A stretch of DNA of 64,000 nt from Eledone cirrhosa (GCA_964016885.1 OZ024743.1:173352001-173416000), one strand, 5' to 3'; counted from the first letter of the stretch, positions 1-12,017 are shown. Notes: generated by a model not told the origin, from the sequence alone. Numbers and translations are program-made.

Positions 1-83
1 GAAACAACACAACTAACAATAACAATAGCAATAGAACACATAACGCAGCAGCCTGGAATTCTACTTTTTCTAACCCTTCCGAT

Positions 84-932
84 GTGTCCTTCGACCTACG
101 ACGAATCCACGCCACGACTTTAACTTTTAACAAACTCACGCAATTGCCGTCGCAGGTCGATGAACAAACAGAAGCACAATTTAATATAGCTAGATCTAAA
201 CTTGGAAATATTATAGAACAGTATAGCAAGAAGCAAAATAGAATGGAGGCCCAGCAACTGGGAGAAAAATCTGCAAATGGCTTGCGTAAGCTCATGCAGT
301 GCTCACGTAATGGAGAGATTGCATGCTTTCCAACAGACAAGTCTGGCAGAATGTCGGTTGACAGTCTGTCAAACTACATCCAGGCAATGCAACCCCACAT
401 CACTAACACAAGAGAAGTAACACCACAAGAGCATGAGGATAGGGAGAAAACCCTCAACGCTCATATGATGATGTGGACAAACATAATGCTGCCCAATAAA
501 CAGACTGCCAACAACTTCCAGGCCTGGAACAATGACATGCCAGTGTTGTATGGGCTTCGAAAAGACCATAAGACGAACAGTGACCCAGTCACAGGGCCAC
601 CAACACGGCCAGTCTGTGGAGCTAACATTGCTAGTAACTACAGACTTTCCTACTTCCTCTCCCTGATCGTATGCCCCATCATTGAAATGTCCCCGGATAT
701 ATGTGACAGCACGGAGGACCTCATCAGCAGAATCAGCGAAAATAACCAATCTAGGGACCTAACAGACTGTATAATAGGTAGTATGGATGTTGTGTCCCTA
801 TACCCATCCATTGATGTGAATTTTGCTGTGGAGAAATGCGTAGAAATGATTAGTGAGAGCAATGTTGAATTCTGTGGGATTGATATCAGTGAGCTGGGAC
901 TCCTATTTCAACTTACTTATAGTAATGACTAG
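84..932 (+). pseudogene. Penelope-like element (PLE family A), N-terminal part of the reverse transcriptase
   Basis: ORF carries PLE RT motifs PTDKSG, LYGLRKDHK, TRPVCG and SMDVVSLYPSID. It ends exactly at a Helitron insertion; removing 929-2087 restores the frame (..YSND|YLDTYDLSNLFPRK..). Confidence 0.85.
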
Positions 933-2087
933 CAGTAAAGCCCGGCGTTGCTCGGGGTCGCTCAGTAGCTGTGTTAAAGTTACAATGTTAAGTTTCTTTT
1001 TTGGCTTAAAAACTGTAGTGTCTACTGTGCAGGCTTGCATGTGGTGTTTTTGATTAATATTCCCTCAACCAACAATATGCCTTATGAAGTTAAGAAAACA
1101 TAACGATAACCCGAATGTTATAACAAAAGAGGATGCTGGGGATAAAAACTGCACTGGTTATTTATTAACAAAGATCGAAAATGTAAACACTGCAACGCAG
1201 AGAAAAACATTAGCGTAACCAAATTATCATTTATGTCTGTCTGCACGCCTATATCACGTCTCTGCACGACTGTCTGTCTGCACGCCTATATCACCTCTCT
1301 GCACGACTGTCTGTCTGCACGACTGTCTGTCTGCACGCCTAACGAAATTTACAGATACATATATTTTAAATAAACTTATATAATTTTTGCTTTTTTTTTT
1401 ACGAAATATTTGCTTGTTTTACGTAGTCTTTAAATAGACTTGTTTTCAAGTAAAAATATTGTTTTAAAAGGCTTTTAAATGGAAATGAAGCAAAACGGAA
1501 GCTTAGTGTTCGAACTGATGAATTTTGCAGGTCAAAATTTTGCTGGCTCGACAACTGTTCGTGTATTGTGTTAATGTCATTTTAAACGCTGAGAAAGCCA
1601 GCGTAATTTTTTTAATTTTTGCACGCAGACGCTCAATGTAAACAGAACAAAGGGAAATAACTCGTCACTTACGCTCAAAAATCGATACATTAGATTCGAT
1701 TTCGTCACATAGGGTGGGTCAATTTGAAATATTTTTTTCCGATGTCTTCGCTAGGGCTCAATGTACAAGTATAGCAATTTCGGTGCAATTCCGTCAGAGA
1801 TTCTAAGAGGCGATGTGTGCCAAAAATCGATAGACAGACAGACAACCACAGCTTTATATATATGGAACAAAGGGAAATAACTCGTCACTTACGCTCAAAA
1901 ATCGATACATTAGATTCGATTTCGTCACATAGGGTGGGTCAATTTGAAATATTTTTTTTCCGATGTCTTCGCTAGGGCTCAATGTACAAGTATAGCAATT
2001 TCGGTGCAATTCCGTCAGAGATTCTAAGAGGAGATGTGTGCCAAAAATCGATAGACAGACAGACAACCACAGCTTTATATATATAGA
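929..2087 (-). mobile_element. Non-autonomous Helitron inserted in the PLE RT
   Basis: On the minus strand it starts TC(TATATATATAAAG) at 2087 and ends with a GC hairpin (cccggcgttgctcggg, 941-956) followed by CTAG (929-932). It sits between A and T with no TSD. Internal (CTGT)-type repeats at about 1235-1340. Confidence 0.85.
1645..2087. repeat. Tandem duplication of the 220-bp Helitron 5' terminal segment
   Basis: gaacaaagggaaataactcg...gctttatatatat occurs at 1645 and 1865 with near identity. Confidence 0.9.
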
Positions 2088-3772
2088 TTATCTAGATACG
2101 TATGACCTTAGCAACCTTTTCCCCCGCAAGGCCAGCAAGAGGCAGACCACCTACCATTATCAGGGTTAAGAGGTTGCTGTCTTCTAATTGTTCTTTAAGT
2201 TTATTGTCCCACCATACCATGAATATGTATGGAGGGACAATAAACTTAAAGAATAATTAGAAAACAGCAACCCCTTAACACTGATAGTGTACTCTCGCTA
2301 GAGAAAAACACCCTGGAAAGCATCCAGCAAATAGCTCCATCCACCAGAGTATTAGAGTTACTATAGACTACTCAAGCAAACACCCCAACCATCATTTACC
2401 TGTACTTAACACAGAGCTCTAGTTAGAAACCATTAATAACAAAAAACAAATCCTCCATTCCCATTATGCCAAACCCATGACTTCCAAATATCTGATCCAC
2501 CGAAACTCAGCTGTTTCAGATCACACCAAAATCAACATACTGATTGCGGATTTAGTACGGGTGATGAGAAACGTGTCCCGCATGTGCAACCCCAAAGAAC
2601 TAGAGAGACGCATACAACACTTCATCCACCGTATGCAGTTCTCTGGTTACAATCAGAGAGATAAAATCAGAGTATATAGAGGAGCCAGAACCAAATGGGG
2701 AAAAATGGTAAATAATGATACAAATGGGACCTGCCCCTTGTATAGGAGAACATTTTGGAATAGAATAGAAAGAACTAGGAATAAGGTTAATAGAATAAAC
2801 TCATGGTATGATAGCAATAAATACCAGAGTGTAATGTTCATCAATACAACCCCTAGAGGTGAATTAGCTTACAAATTTAGAAGGGCCCTAGATAAACTTA
2901 AACTAATTATTAAGATAGTAGAAAGACCAGGTACCTCCATAAAAACACTTATTAGTAATACATACCCTTTTCAAAGACCTCCCTGTATAGATAAAAAATG
3001 CATAATCTGTAAACTAAGCCCCCATATTAACTGTAAAACTAGAAATGTAATATATAGCATAAGATGTACTGAAGGATAAAGTAAAGATAAGAATATAGTG
3101 TACATAGGTGAAACAGCTCGTAGTATAGGAGAACGATTAAATGAACACTGGCGAGAGCTTCAAGATAGAAAAGAATCATCAGCACTCCACCAACATGCTA
3201 AAATAGAACATAAGGGCAAATTAGAGAACATAGAAATAAAAATAAAATCTACACACAGAAAAGACGCAATGTTTAGACAAATCACAGAGGTAATAAACAG
3301 AAATGAACTCCAACCAAAATTAAATATAAAACATGATTGGAATAGCAACATCACAACTTACAATTAAGGACAAAATGAAAACACACACACATAGAACAAA
3401 CAACCAACCAGTAACATGTAAATAAACAAATAAATAAACACACACAGATACCCGGATGTAACACATGCGCAAACTAAGCACACAACACACACAAAAACAA
3501 GATGGCGTAGGACAGAACAAAGGAGAAGCACAAAACAAAAAAAAGAATCCCCAGTCACTGAAGAGGTTACAAAATGTGTGTCGAAAGAACTTTAACAATA
3601 TATGAACAACCGTCCGGTTGTGGAACCAACCAACCAACCGGAAATTTTTTAATTTATAATAAATTGGAATGAAAGCAACTGGTGCGTGTTTTTCTTATTG
3701 GAAAGTATAACAATATCGGTTTCAACACACGTTTTCAGATAAAGAATCTTACTAAACAAATTCAGAAACGAA

Positions 3773-3775
<3 letters not shown>
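2088..3775 (+). mobile_element. PLE family A: RT C-terminus/thumb, GIY-YIG endonuclease and 3' pseudo-LTR (degraded)
   Basis: ORFs 2477-3079 (SVMFINTTPRGELA, CIDKKCIICK, NVIYSIRC) and 3098-3367 (YIGETARSIGERLNEH, ALHQH, ITE, PKLN). The downstream non-coding segment recurs at 15143, 29596, 31023 and 40736. Confidence 0.85.
3554..3596 (+). ncRNA. Minimal hammerhead ribozyme motif, PLE-A pLTR (diverged copy)
   Basis: gtca-CTGAAGA-ggttacaaaatgtgtgtc-GAAA-gaac-TT-taac; the better-paired copies are at 15333 and 31243. Confidence 0.55.
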
Positions 3776-3805
<30 letters not shown>

Positions 3806-3857
3806 CATATATATATATGTATATATATATATATACATATTCAGTATATTCCATACA

Positions 3858-4045
3858 CATATGGAGTAGCGAAACAATTGTAAACGGACATTATTATTAT
3901 TAATATTATTATTATTATTCTCTACATCAAACTAAAATATGTTGACAATCTTTTAATAATGTCTTCCTTGTGAAATTTGTGGTCTTGTTTTGCTTAACTA
4001 ATGAATATTTACAGCTCTGTGCACCTAACCTCTGTATGTAATCCG
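3858..4045 (+). mobile_element. Fragment of HHR-bearing repeat family B (probable pLTR)
   Basis: ggagtagcgaaacaattgtaaacggac... is shared with 34052, 52656 and (inverted) 30914-31022. Confidence 0.7.
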
Positions 4046-4164
4046 GACGCACATGGTAGATATATATATAGAGGCAACATAGGGGACAAAATAACAGGCA
4101 GACACAACCCGAGACGGACACCTGACCCATCACACATTACTACTACTACTACTACCACTACTAC

Positions 4165-5390
4165 ACACAGACGTTGGAATAGGACAAGGTCTAAGACTAT
4201 TGCGTGGTTTAACGCACCGTATTCGAAGCATGTTTGCAACAATGTACCAGGCCCCTTCTTCAGAGCATTGGACGAGTGCTTCCCACCGTCGAACAGGTAC
4301 CACAGGATATTCAACCGCCACACAGTGAAGTTCTCCTTCTCCATCACACCTAACTGTCGTGACCCTGCTAACTGTCCGCTATGGGGCCAATGCCTAACTA
4401 AAAATATTATATGCAAATGTACTGTTACTAGCCCCAATAGTGTCAAATATTACATTGGGGCCACTTCTGGGTTGTTCAAGACTAGATTTCGAGCGCATCT
4501 TCACTCTTTTAGAAATAGGAAGCTAAGGTACTCTACATCGCTCGCCAATTACATCACCAGTTTAAACGACCCTAGCATCAGCTTCTCGACTTATTGGGAA
4601 ATTGTCAACCTCGCAACACTCTACAACTTCAAGAAGAACTGCCAGCTCTGTCTCGTGGAGCTTTACTATATCGTACAAGCGCCCCCTGATCTCATCAACA
4701 GTCGAGCCGAAACCATCATCAATTGCGGTCATAGACTACAGCAGTCGCTCTACAGATGGACCCCGGATAATACCCAAGCACCATAGTACCAGGGCATTTT
4801 ACACAGCACCCTGGCTTGTCTTAAAACGGTGGACGAAAAAATTAAACACCTGTGAACTATACTATTATCCAGCCACCGTCATCTCTCAAGGATGTTGCAC
4901 TGCATGTGTCCGGACCTAATTGCCTCGTCATACTCCACACCAACGGAATAAATCTTGAGTATCTCTACAAGATCAATGATTGTGCTATTTAAACAACTTG
5001 GGCATATAATCATGTGACTATGCAAGACCTAACGTTTACACCTTGACACTTTCCGGCGTTTATATCTTTGTCGAATTTACTACCTCATACTAAATTAGAC
5101 TGTACATAAGTCTCACCGAGCACTCACATTCATACCTTAATTGTGCCTTTGCAAAGTGGCGTGACAAAGCATTATTAAATTAGCATATAGTACATAGACC
5201 CAGGAGAGTAAATGAATATTCTAACTCTGTAACACGTGATATGAATTTCGTATTCATACCCATGCAGGGTTCCTAATTTAACCCTTTACTTCCCTCTGAG
5301 CCTCCGACGAGCCCAACTTGGGCGTAACATGTGTAGGAGCTCCTTATAAATTATATTTTAATGGTCTGCTTCTCTTTCTTCAATTTCTTC
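4165..5390 (+). mobile_element. 5'-truncated PLE, C-terminal GIY-YIG endonuclease of the WFNxP/CxCx5C type (Hydra-clade-like) plus 3' region
   Basis: ORF 4001-4786 contains IAWFNAPYS, CRDPANCPLWGQCL, YYIGATSGLFKTRFRAH, CQLC and NSRAETIINCGH. Degenerate HHR at 5298-5342. Confidence 0.75.
5298..5342 (+). ncRNA. Degenerate hammerhead motif
   Basis: CCGACGA-gccc aactt gggc-GTAAC-atgt-GTA-ggagc; the core has substitutions (CCGA, GTAA). Confidence 0.45.
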
Positions 5391-5393
5391 GAT

Positions 5394-5861
<468 letters not shown>

Positions 5862-5936
5862 GAAGGAAATATGGTAAGGAACCAGGTGGACCATAACGCA
5901 CCAAAGTACTCAATACTTAGGGTAGTAGAGTGGGTA

Positions 5937-6058
5937 ATAGGAATGAGTAGGACCCCGACGGCTGAGCTCAAGCCGTTTCGACGGCTAATTCTGGACTAGT
6001 CCAGAATTAGCCGTCGAAACGGCTTGAGCTCAGCCGTCGGGGTCCTACTCATTCCTAT
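5937..6058. repeat. Perfect 122-bp palindrome containing the 3' half of a hammerhead
   Basis: Arms 5937-5997 and 5998-6058 are exact reverse complements centred on ACTAGT. Each strand reads GAAAC-ggcttgagctcagcc-GTC. Confidence 0.9.
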
Positions 6059-6067
6059 ATATATATA

Positions 6068-7275
6068 TAAGAGAGTATTGAAGTTTGCTTGAAGCATTGT
6101 GGAATAATAAGATATATTTTCTTTATGTCGTTTTGGAAGCCTCAACAATGCAGATGGGTAATTCTCCGGGTAACAAGATCCGGTGGGGAAGAGGGAGATG
6201 TAAGAGAATGTAGAATGAGATGTATAGTGTGTAGAAGAACGTAGGAAAGAATGTAAATAATAAAAATAATAACACGAGATAGAGTTACCTTGGGAGAGAT
6301 TTAATTGTCACTATATTTCGGATTCACATCCATCAACTGGGGGGGGGGGGGGGTTATCTGTTGGATAGGATTGATACGTGTCCTCCGCTGTTCGTTGTTT
6401 TGAATATCTGAGGTATTCAGCAGAGCGCGCGCGTGAAATGGGGTCAAGCAGAGGTCGGCGGCCGAAATAGATCTTTTAATTGTGGGAGTGGGGTGGCGTT
6501 AGCTGTCAATCCATTGTATTATCTGCCCGTGCTGGTTTCTGTATTAGCAGTGTTGAATAGTGTGTGGTGGTGGTAGTATTCCCTGCCTGTTTGGTGAATG
6601 CTACTGTGAGTGCGTGTGTTGTTGTCTCGTTTGTGTGTGTGTTGTTGCCTCGTTTGTCTGTATTAGCAGTGTAGTATATTCATATGGTGGAATGCTACTG
6701 TGTGTGTGTGTGTGTGTGCGTGTGTTGTTGCCTCGTTTGTTTATTTAAACCAACCACCTCATTTTGCTTCTCTCGGATCGGTTATTTATTTGTGGCCCTA
6801 GGCGTTTGATCCAAAGGGCTTCCTTGATTCGTAATGTGCCAACGTTTTGTTCCGTCGCTAGTATTGTGACAATGGGCCTTCCGTCTTTGTTTCCGCATTT
6901 GGTTATGTGTTTCTGGAAAGACGAGGCCCTGGTGTTGATGTGCTCCTTGATCCGGATGTGTAGCAGCCGGATTGTGCTACCTATATAGTAGTGGTTGCAC
7001 TTGTTACATTCTACCTTATACATGACGTATGTGCGTAGGCAACCCCGCAAAACCCCCTAGTTGATGGATGTGAATCTGAAATATAGGGACAATTATATCT
7101 CTCCCAAGGTAACTCTATCTCGTGTTATTATTTTTATTGTTTACACTCTTTCCTACGTTCTTCTACACACTATACATCTCATTCTATATTCACTTACATC
7201 ACTCTCTTCACCACCAGATCTTGTTACCCAGAGAATTACCCATCTGCATTGTTGAGGCTTCCAAAACGACCTAAA
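6068..7275 (-). mobile_element. 5'-truncated PLE (GIY-YIG only) with an inverted pLTR at its 5' junction (family C)
   Basis: ORF 6745-7050 has VMYKVECNKCNHYYIGSTIRLLHIRIKEH and LRIKEALWIKRLGPQINNR. 6121-6340 and 7053-7275 are inverted copies of each other; the same pLTR occurs at 34466-34830. Confidence 0.8.
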
Positions 7276-7490
7276 GAAAAAAAAAAATATATATATATAT
7301 ACAAATGAATGTACAGCATATTTGAAGCTCGAGCCGCAGCTAAGCCGACGAATGCCTTCAGCAGTGCAGCCAAGCACTCGAGTAATAACTTACAGTTTAA
7401 AGGCTTTGCAAATTGAAGATAGCGACCGGTAATTTAGCCGTGAGGTCTGTAGCAACGAAAGAACTGAATCGTGAGAAAAAATACATCCCC

Positions 7491-7555
<65 letters not shown>

Positions 7556-7556
<1 letters not shown>

Positions 7557-9797
7557 CATCATCATCATCATCATCATCATCGTTTAACGTCCATTTTCCA
7601 CGCTTGCATGGGTTTGGACGGGAGTTTTCCCACTTGAGGCAAGATTGGTTGTCCTGCTCGTATAGGACTGTCTGGCAGGTTTTCTACGGCTAGATGCCCT
7701 TCCTAACACCAACCACGTTTAGAGTGTGGACTGGGAGGTTTTTACCGTGTTACCACATTACAGCGTGAACTGTGTGTTTTTTTGTCGTGACACCTACCCG
7801 ACCTCATTTGTTTCGGACTGGATATTGTGGTACCAACATAACTTCACATTGAAGGGGATGGTGTGGATGGGGTGTGGGTAGTGGGACAGGGGTGTATTTT
7901 TGTTAGAGATGCCTACTGACTGTAGGTTTCGCTTTGTACTTAGGCAAGGCGGGTCTTCTGTATTACTGTGTAGCACCAAAGATCTCGGTCCAATGACATT
8001 GTCTTGGAGAGGTGTAAGTGTGTGAGGTCGGAATTTATCAAGTCATTCCAGGTTTTTCTGGGTCTGCCTACTCCGTGGCTACCGTCTATTTTTATCGCCC
8101 TGCACTTTTTATACAGTCTTTTATACGCATCACGTGACCATACCAACGTAGTCTTCTCTCGAGTAAACAACATCTGATCCCTCTTATTCCTAATTTCTCC
8201 CTTAGTTCGTTTATGCTTTGCCGTTCACGTATATTACTATTACACATCCAGCGGAGCATGCAAGCTTCGTTCCTCTCCAGTCTACATATATCCTCTGCAC
8301 ACAATTCCCAGGTCTCACTGCCATGTAACATTGCTGTTCGTATGCAGGCATCATACAGGCTGCCTTTCATTTTAAGAGAGAACCCTTTAGCGACCAATAG
8401 TGGTATAAGCTCTCTGAACTTTTTCCATCCCGTTCTGACTCTAACTACTGTACTTTCAGAGCACCCTCCCCCACTGCTGATTTTGTCACCCAGGTAATGG
8501 AAGCTGTCCACTATTTCTATAGAACTTTCTGTGCAATTGAAAGAGCTAGTATTTTGTGGGCACTTGCTGCTACTTATTGCACCAGAGCACCGGCCACATG
8601 TAAAATCTATGTTCTTAGTTAGCTTACCTGTGATCCCACTACATCTTTTATGCACCCATACTTTGCATTTGGGACATAAAATGGAGTTTCTACCTACTCC
8701 TTTCCTACACACTGAGCAGGGCCATTTCCCGGAAGGGACCGGCGCCCTATTTTCTTTCCTACAAACTAGAACTTTAGTCTTAGACAAGTTAACTTTAAGG
8801 CCTTTTGATTCTAGGCCATGCTTCCATGTTTGGAATTTCTTCTCTAGTTCAGCCATTGATTCAGCTATGAGCGTTAGTCATCTGCATATAGGAGTTCCCA
8901 TGGGCAGCCGGTCTTGAACTCCTCTGTTATACCCTGAAGGGCAATAATAAATAGTAGGGGGCTAAGAATGGAGCTCTGATGAACACCAACTTTTACGCTA
9001 AACATTTCACTATATTCGTTGTTAATTCTAACCTTGCTGACTGTTTCTTTATACATGGCTTGCTTAGCTCTCACAAGCCATTCATCAACACCTAGTTTTC
9101 TAAGCGCCCACCAGATAATGGAGCGGAGGACTCTGTCAAAGGCTTTCTTCAAATCAACAAAAGCTAAGTATAGGGGTTTACTTTTAGCTAGGTACTTCTC
9201 CTGTAGTTGTTGTACAATGAAAAGAGCGTCTGTGGTACTTTTAACTAACACAAACCCGAACTGCATTTCATCTAGATCAATTCGTTCTCTGATTAGTTGC
9301 GCTATTACTTTTTCTGTGACCTTCATGACCTGGTCGATTAATTTAATGCCTCTATAGTTCCCCCTATCTAGAGCATCTCCTTTACCCTTGTAGCAGTTAA
9401 TGATGATGCTGCTACGCCAGTCCTTCGGAACGGCCCCATTCTGTATGACTTGGTTTACTATCCGGGTGACCATAGTGTGTCCCACCGTTCCAGATGCTTT
9501 CAGCATTTCAGAAACTATTTCCGAAGGCCCAGCCGCCTTACCCATCTTCATATCTTTGATTGCCTTACTTATTATACTACCTTCGACTTGCACTGCTGGT
9601 CCCTCTATTGGATCAATGTGGGGGAGACTGTCTTTCTCCCATTTATTCTCCTCATTTAGTAGCCTTTCGTAGTGACACTTCCAAGCTACCTTCTTATCAG
9701 CATCAGTGATGGCAAGTACACCATCATCATTAAGGACACACTTCTCCCCGACAATATCACGGTTTTCTTTGACACATTGTCTAGCAATCCTGAACAC

Positions 9798-9800
<3 letters not shown>
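7556..9800 (-). mobile_element. 5'-truncated RTE-clade LINE (RT plus Cys/His finger insert), (GAT)n tail
   Basis: ORFs 8874-9797 (YRGIKL, FVDLKKAFD, CPWELLYADD) and 8092-8856 are frameshifted. (cat)n tail at 7557-7580; flanked by (TA)n on both sides. Confidence 0.9.
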
Positions 9801-9833
<33 letters not shown>

Positions 9834-9906
9834 GAGCGAAACAAGTAAACATTAAACAATCTTTTAAATAAATTTTAAAATGATTAAAATATTCACCTGT
9901 TCTAGT

Positions 9907-9986
9907 GCTGTGACCGACGGTTTCGCTTATCAAAAGATTGGAAATTTAGAGAATTTCCAATGGAAAGAATAAGCTCTTCAGACAGC
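9907..9986 (-). ncRNA. Type-I hammerhead ribozyme, canonical core, GUC site
   Basis: Minus strand: gctgt-CTGAAGA-gcttat..(inner ttggaaatt/aatttccaa hairpin)..ataagc-GAAAC-cgtcg-GTC-acagc. Stems I, II and III all pair. Confidence 0.88.
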
Positions 9987-10364
9987 TATTTCCATACCAC
10001 AAGGCCTTGTAGTAGTAGATATATCACTTTCTGCCCAATGCATGAGGTCAGGCCGTTAAAGTGACTCACACAAAAATAGGCTGTAAGAAAAAGCGGGAAT
10101 TATAGACCAGTTGAAATTTCATGTTACTAGAAATAGCAGCACGATACAACATTTTTTCTCTACATAGAAGGAGAATACAAATAAATGATATAAATATTTC
10201 AGTAGGTACTAAGTACCTATGGAAATATACTTGGTGTCTATAACAGTTGTTGTTCAATGGTACTAATTTGAGATACCAGAACTATAAAAATGAGCGGAAC
10301 AAGTAAACATTAAACAATCTTTTAGATAAATTAAAATACGATTTAAATATTCACCTGTTCTAGT

Positions 10365-10444
10365 GCTGTGACCGACAGTTTCGCTTATCAAAAGATTGGA
10401 AATTCAGAGAATTTCCAATGGAAAGAATTAGATCTTCAGACAGC
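10365..10444 (-). ncRNA. Type-I hammerhead ribozyme, second copy (stem II base mutated)
   Basis: Same motif as 9907-9986 with core CTGAAGA/GAAAC/GTC intact and substitutions in stems II and III. Confidence 0.7.
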
Positions 10445-10636
10445 TATTTCCATACCACAGGGCACAAAGCCTTGTAGTAGTAGATATATCGCTTTCTACC
10501 CAATGCATGAGGTCAGGCCGTTAAAGTGACTCACACAAAAATAGACCGTAAGGAAAAGCGGGAATTATAGACCAGTTGATATATATATATACATATATGT
10601 ATATACATATATATAGATACATATATATAGATACAA

Positions 10637-10698
<62 letters not shown>

Positions 10699-10719
10699 CG
10701 ACAGCCATTGCTGACACCC

Positions 10720-10868
10720 CAAATGTCACACCAGTGCTGCGGTTGAATGTCAGAGGTCTGGTGAAACTCACTAAAATTCCCTACCTGACAGACTTAGCCA
10801 TAAGCAATCAAGCAATATGCATGGCACTAACTGAAATGCACCTGACAAGCAGTATAGCAGATGCAGAA
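10720..10868 (+). mobile_element. CR1/Jockey-group LINE APE endonuclease N-terminal fragment
   Basis: Translates [42 protein letters not shown], resembling the N-x-RG..IALTET-H motif. Confidence 0.5.
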
Positions 10869-11396
10869 GAGATGAGGAAGGCTTGAGGCTTCTAGAATTC
10901 TGCGACGCCAATGACATGTCGATGTGTAACACAAACTTCAAAAATCTCGACAACTATCTAATCACCTATAGATCAGAGGAGCATTCTAGTCAAATAGATT
11001 TTATCCTCATCAGAGGACGTGGCAGATGGATGGTCGTTCACACAAAAGCCTTCCCTAGTGAGGAATGTACCTCTGAAAGGCGATGACAGAGGACCATGAC
11101 ATCTGGCGTCACACAGTAGTACAGAAGACCCGACTTCCCAGTGTAAAGTGGTCTTGGAGGTGCCACAGCAAAAAAGGACCCAGCCCACACTGTAAAGTGG
11201 TCATGTAGGCGCCACAGAAAAAAAGCACCCAGCACTCACTGTAAATTAGGTTGGAAGGGCATCCAGCTGTAGAAATCAAGCCAAAATCAGTTCTCATATG
11301 AGCAAGGCATTGTCAGCCAACTGGGTACTGCCTACAACAGGACAACCCCTCTAACCGATGCGAGTGTTGAAGAATGGATGTAAAACGGTGATGATG
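10869..11396 (+). mobile_element. Internally deleted RTE LINE (endonuclease piece joined to 3' UTR)
   Basis: ORF 10883-11086 matches the APE region of 41780-44821, then jumps at about 11070 (acctc) to sequence homologous to that element's 3' end. Confidence 0.75.
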
Positions 11397-11409
11397 TATG
11401 TGAGTATAT

Positions 11410-11806
11410 CATCATTCATCATCATCATCATTTTACGTCCACTTTTCCCTACTTGCAAGGGTGGGACCGGGTTGTGCTGTTATGGGCAATGTCCAGTCGG
11501 CTGACCATGTCTTGCTTATACAGGAACTGATTCTGGCTTGATTTCTACAGCTGGATGCCCTTCCTAACACCAATCTCATTTACAGTGAGTGCTGGGTGCT
11601 TTTTTGCCGTGGCACCTCCACAACTACTTTGCAGTGGAATGATAGGGACCCCACTCCTATTATCTCATTTCTACAGCTGAGTAAACTGGAGCAATGTGAA
11701 ATGAAGTGTCTTGCTCAAGGAAACAACACATCACCCGGTCCGAGAATTGAACTCACAACCTTTCGATTGCAAGCCCAATGCTCTAACCACTAAGCCATGC
11801 GCCTTC
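11410..11806 (-). mobile_element. tRNA-headed SINE with RTE-derived tail
   Basis: Minus strand: A-box tggcttagtgg, B-box gagttcaattct, ccttgagcaagacactt core, aggaagggcatccagctgtagaaa module and (GAT)n tail. Homologous to 30551 and 61900. Confidence 0.85.
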
Positions 11807-11818
11807 ATGTATGTATAT

Positions 11819-11850
<32 letters not shown>

Positions 11851-12017
11851 ATATATGTATATATATATGTATATATACATATATGTATATATGTATTTAT
11901 ATATGTGTACATATGTATATATATATATATGTATGTATACATATATGTATTTATAAATGTGTATATATGTATATATATATATATGTATGTATATGTGTAT
12001 ATATGTATATATATATA

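Larger units (their letters stand above)
9830..10579 (-). mobile_element. Non-coding retrozyme-like / non-autonomous PLE-like unit: two ~285-bp direct repeats, each with a hammerhead, 458 nt apart
   Basis: Direct repeats at 9830-10114 and 10288-10579, no ORF, flanked by (TA)n on both sides. Confidence 0.7.

Noticed and set aside
7053-7090. ttgatgg-atgtgaat-c(c/t)gaaa-tata motif in pLTR family C as a hammerhead
   Set aside because: The core deviates at several positions and stem I is inconsistent between copies (6310, 7053, 34541).
7405-7475. ttgaaga...gcaacgaaagaactg as a hammerhead
   Set aside because: No convincing stem I or NUH site; at best a decayed remnant.
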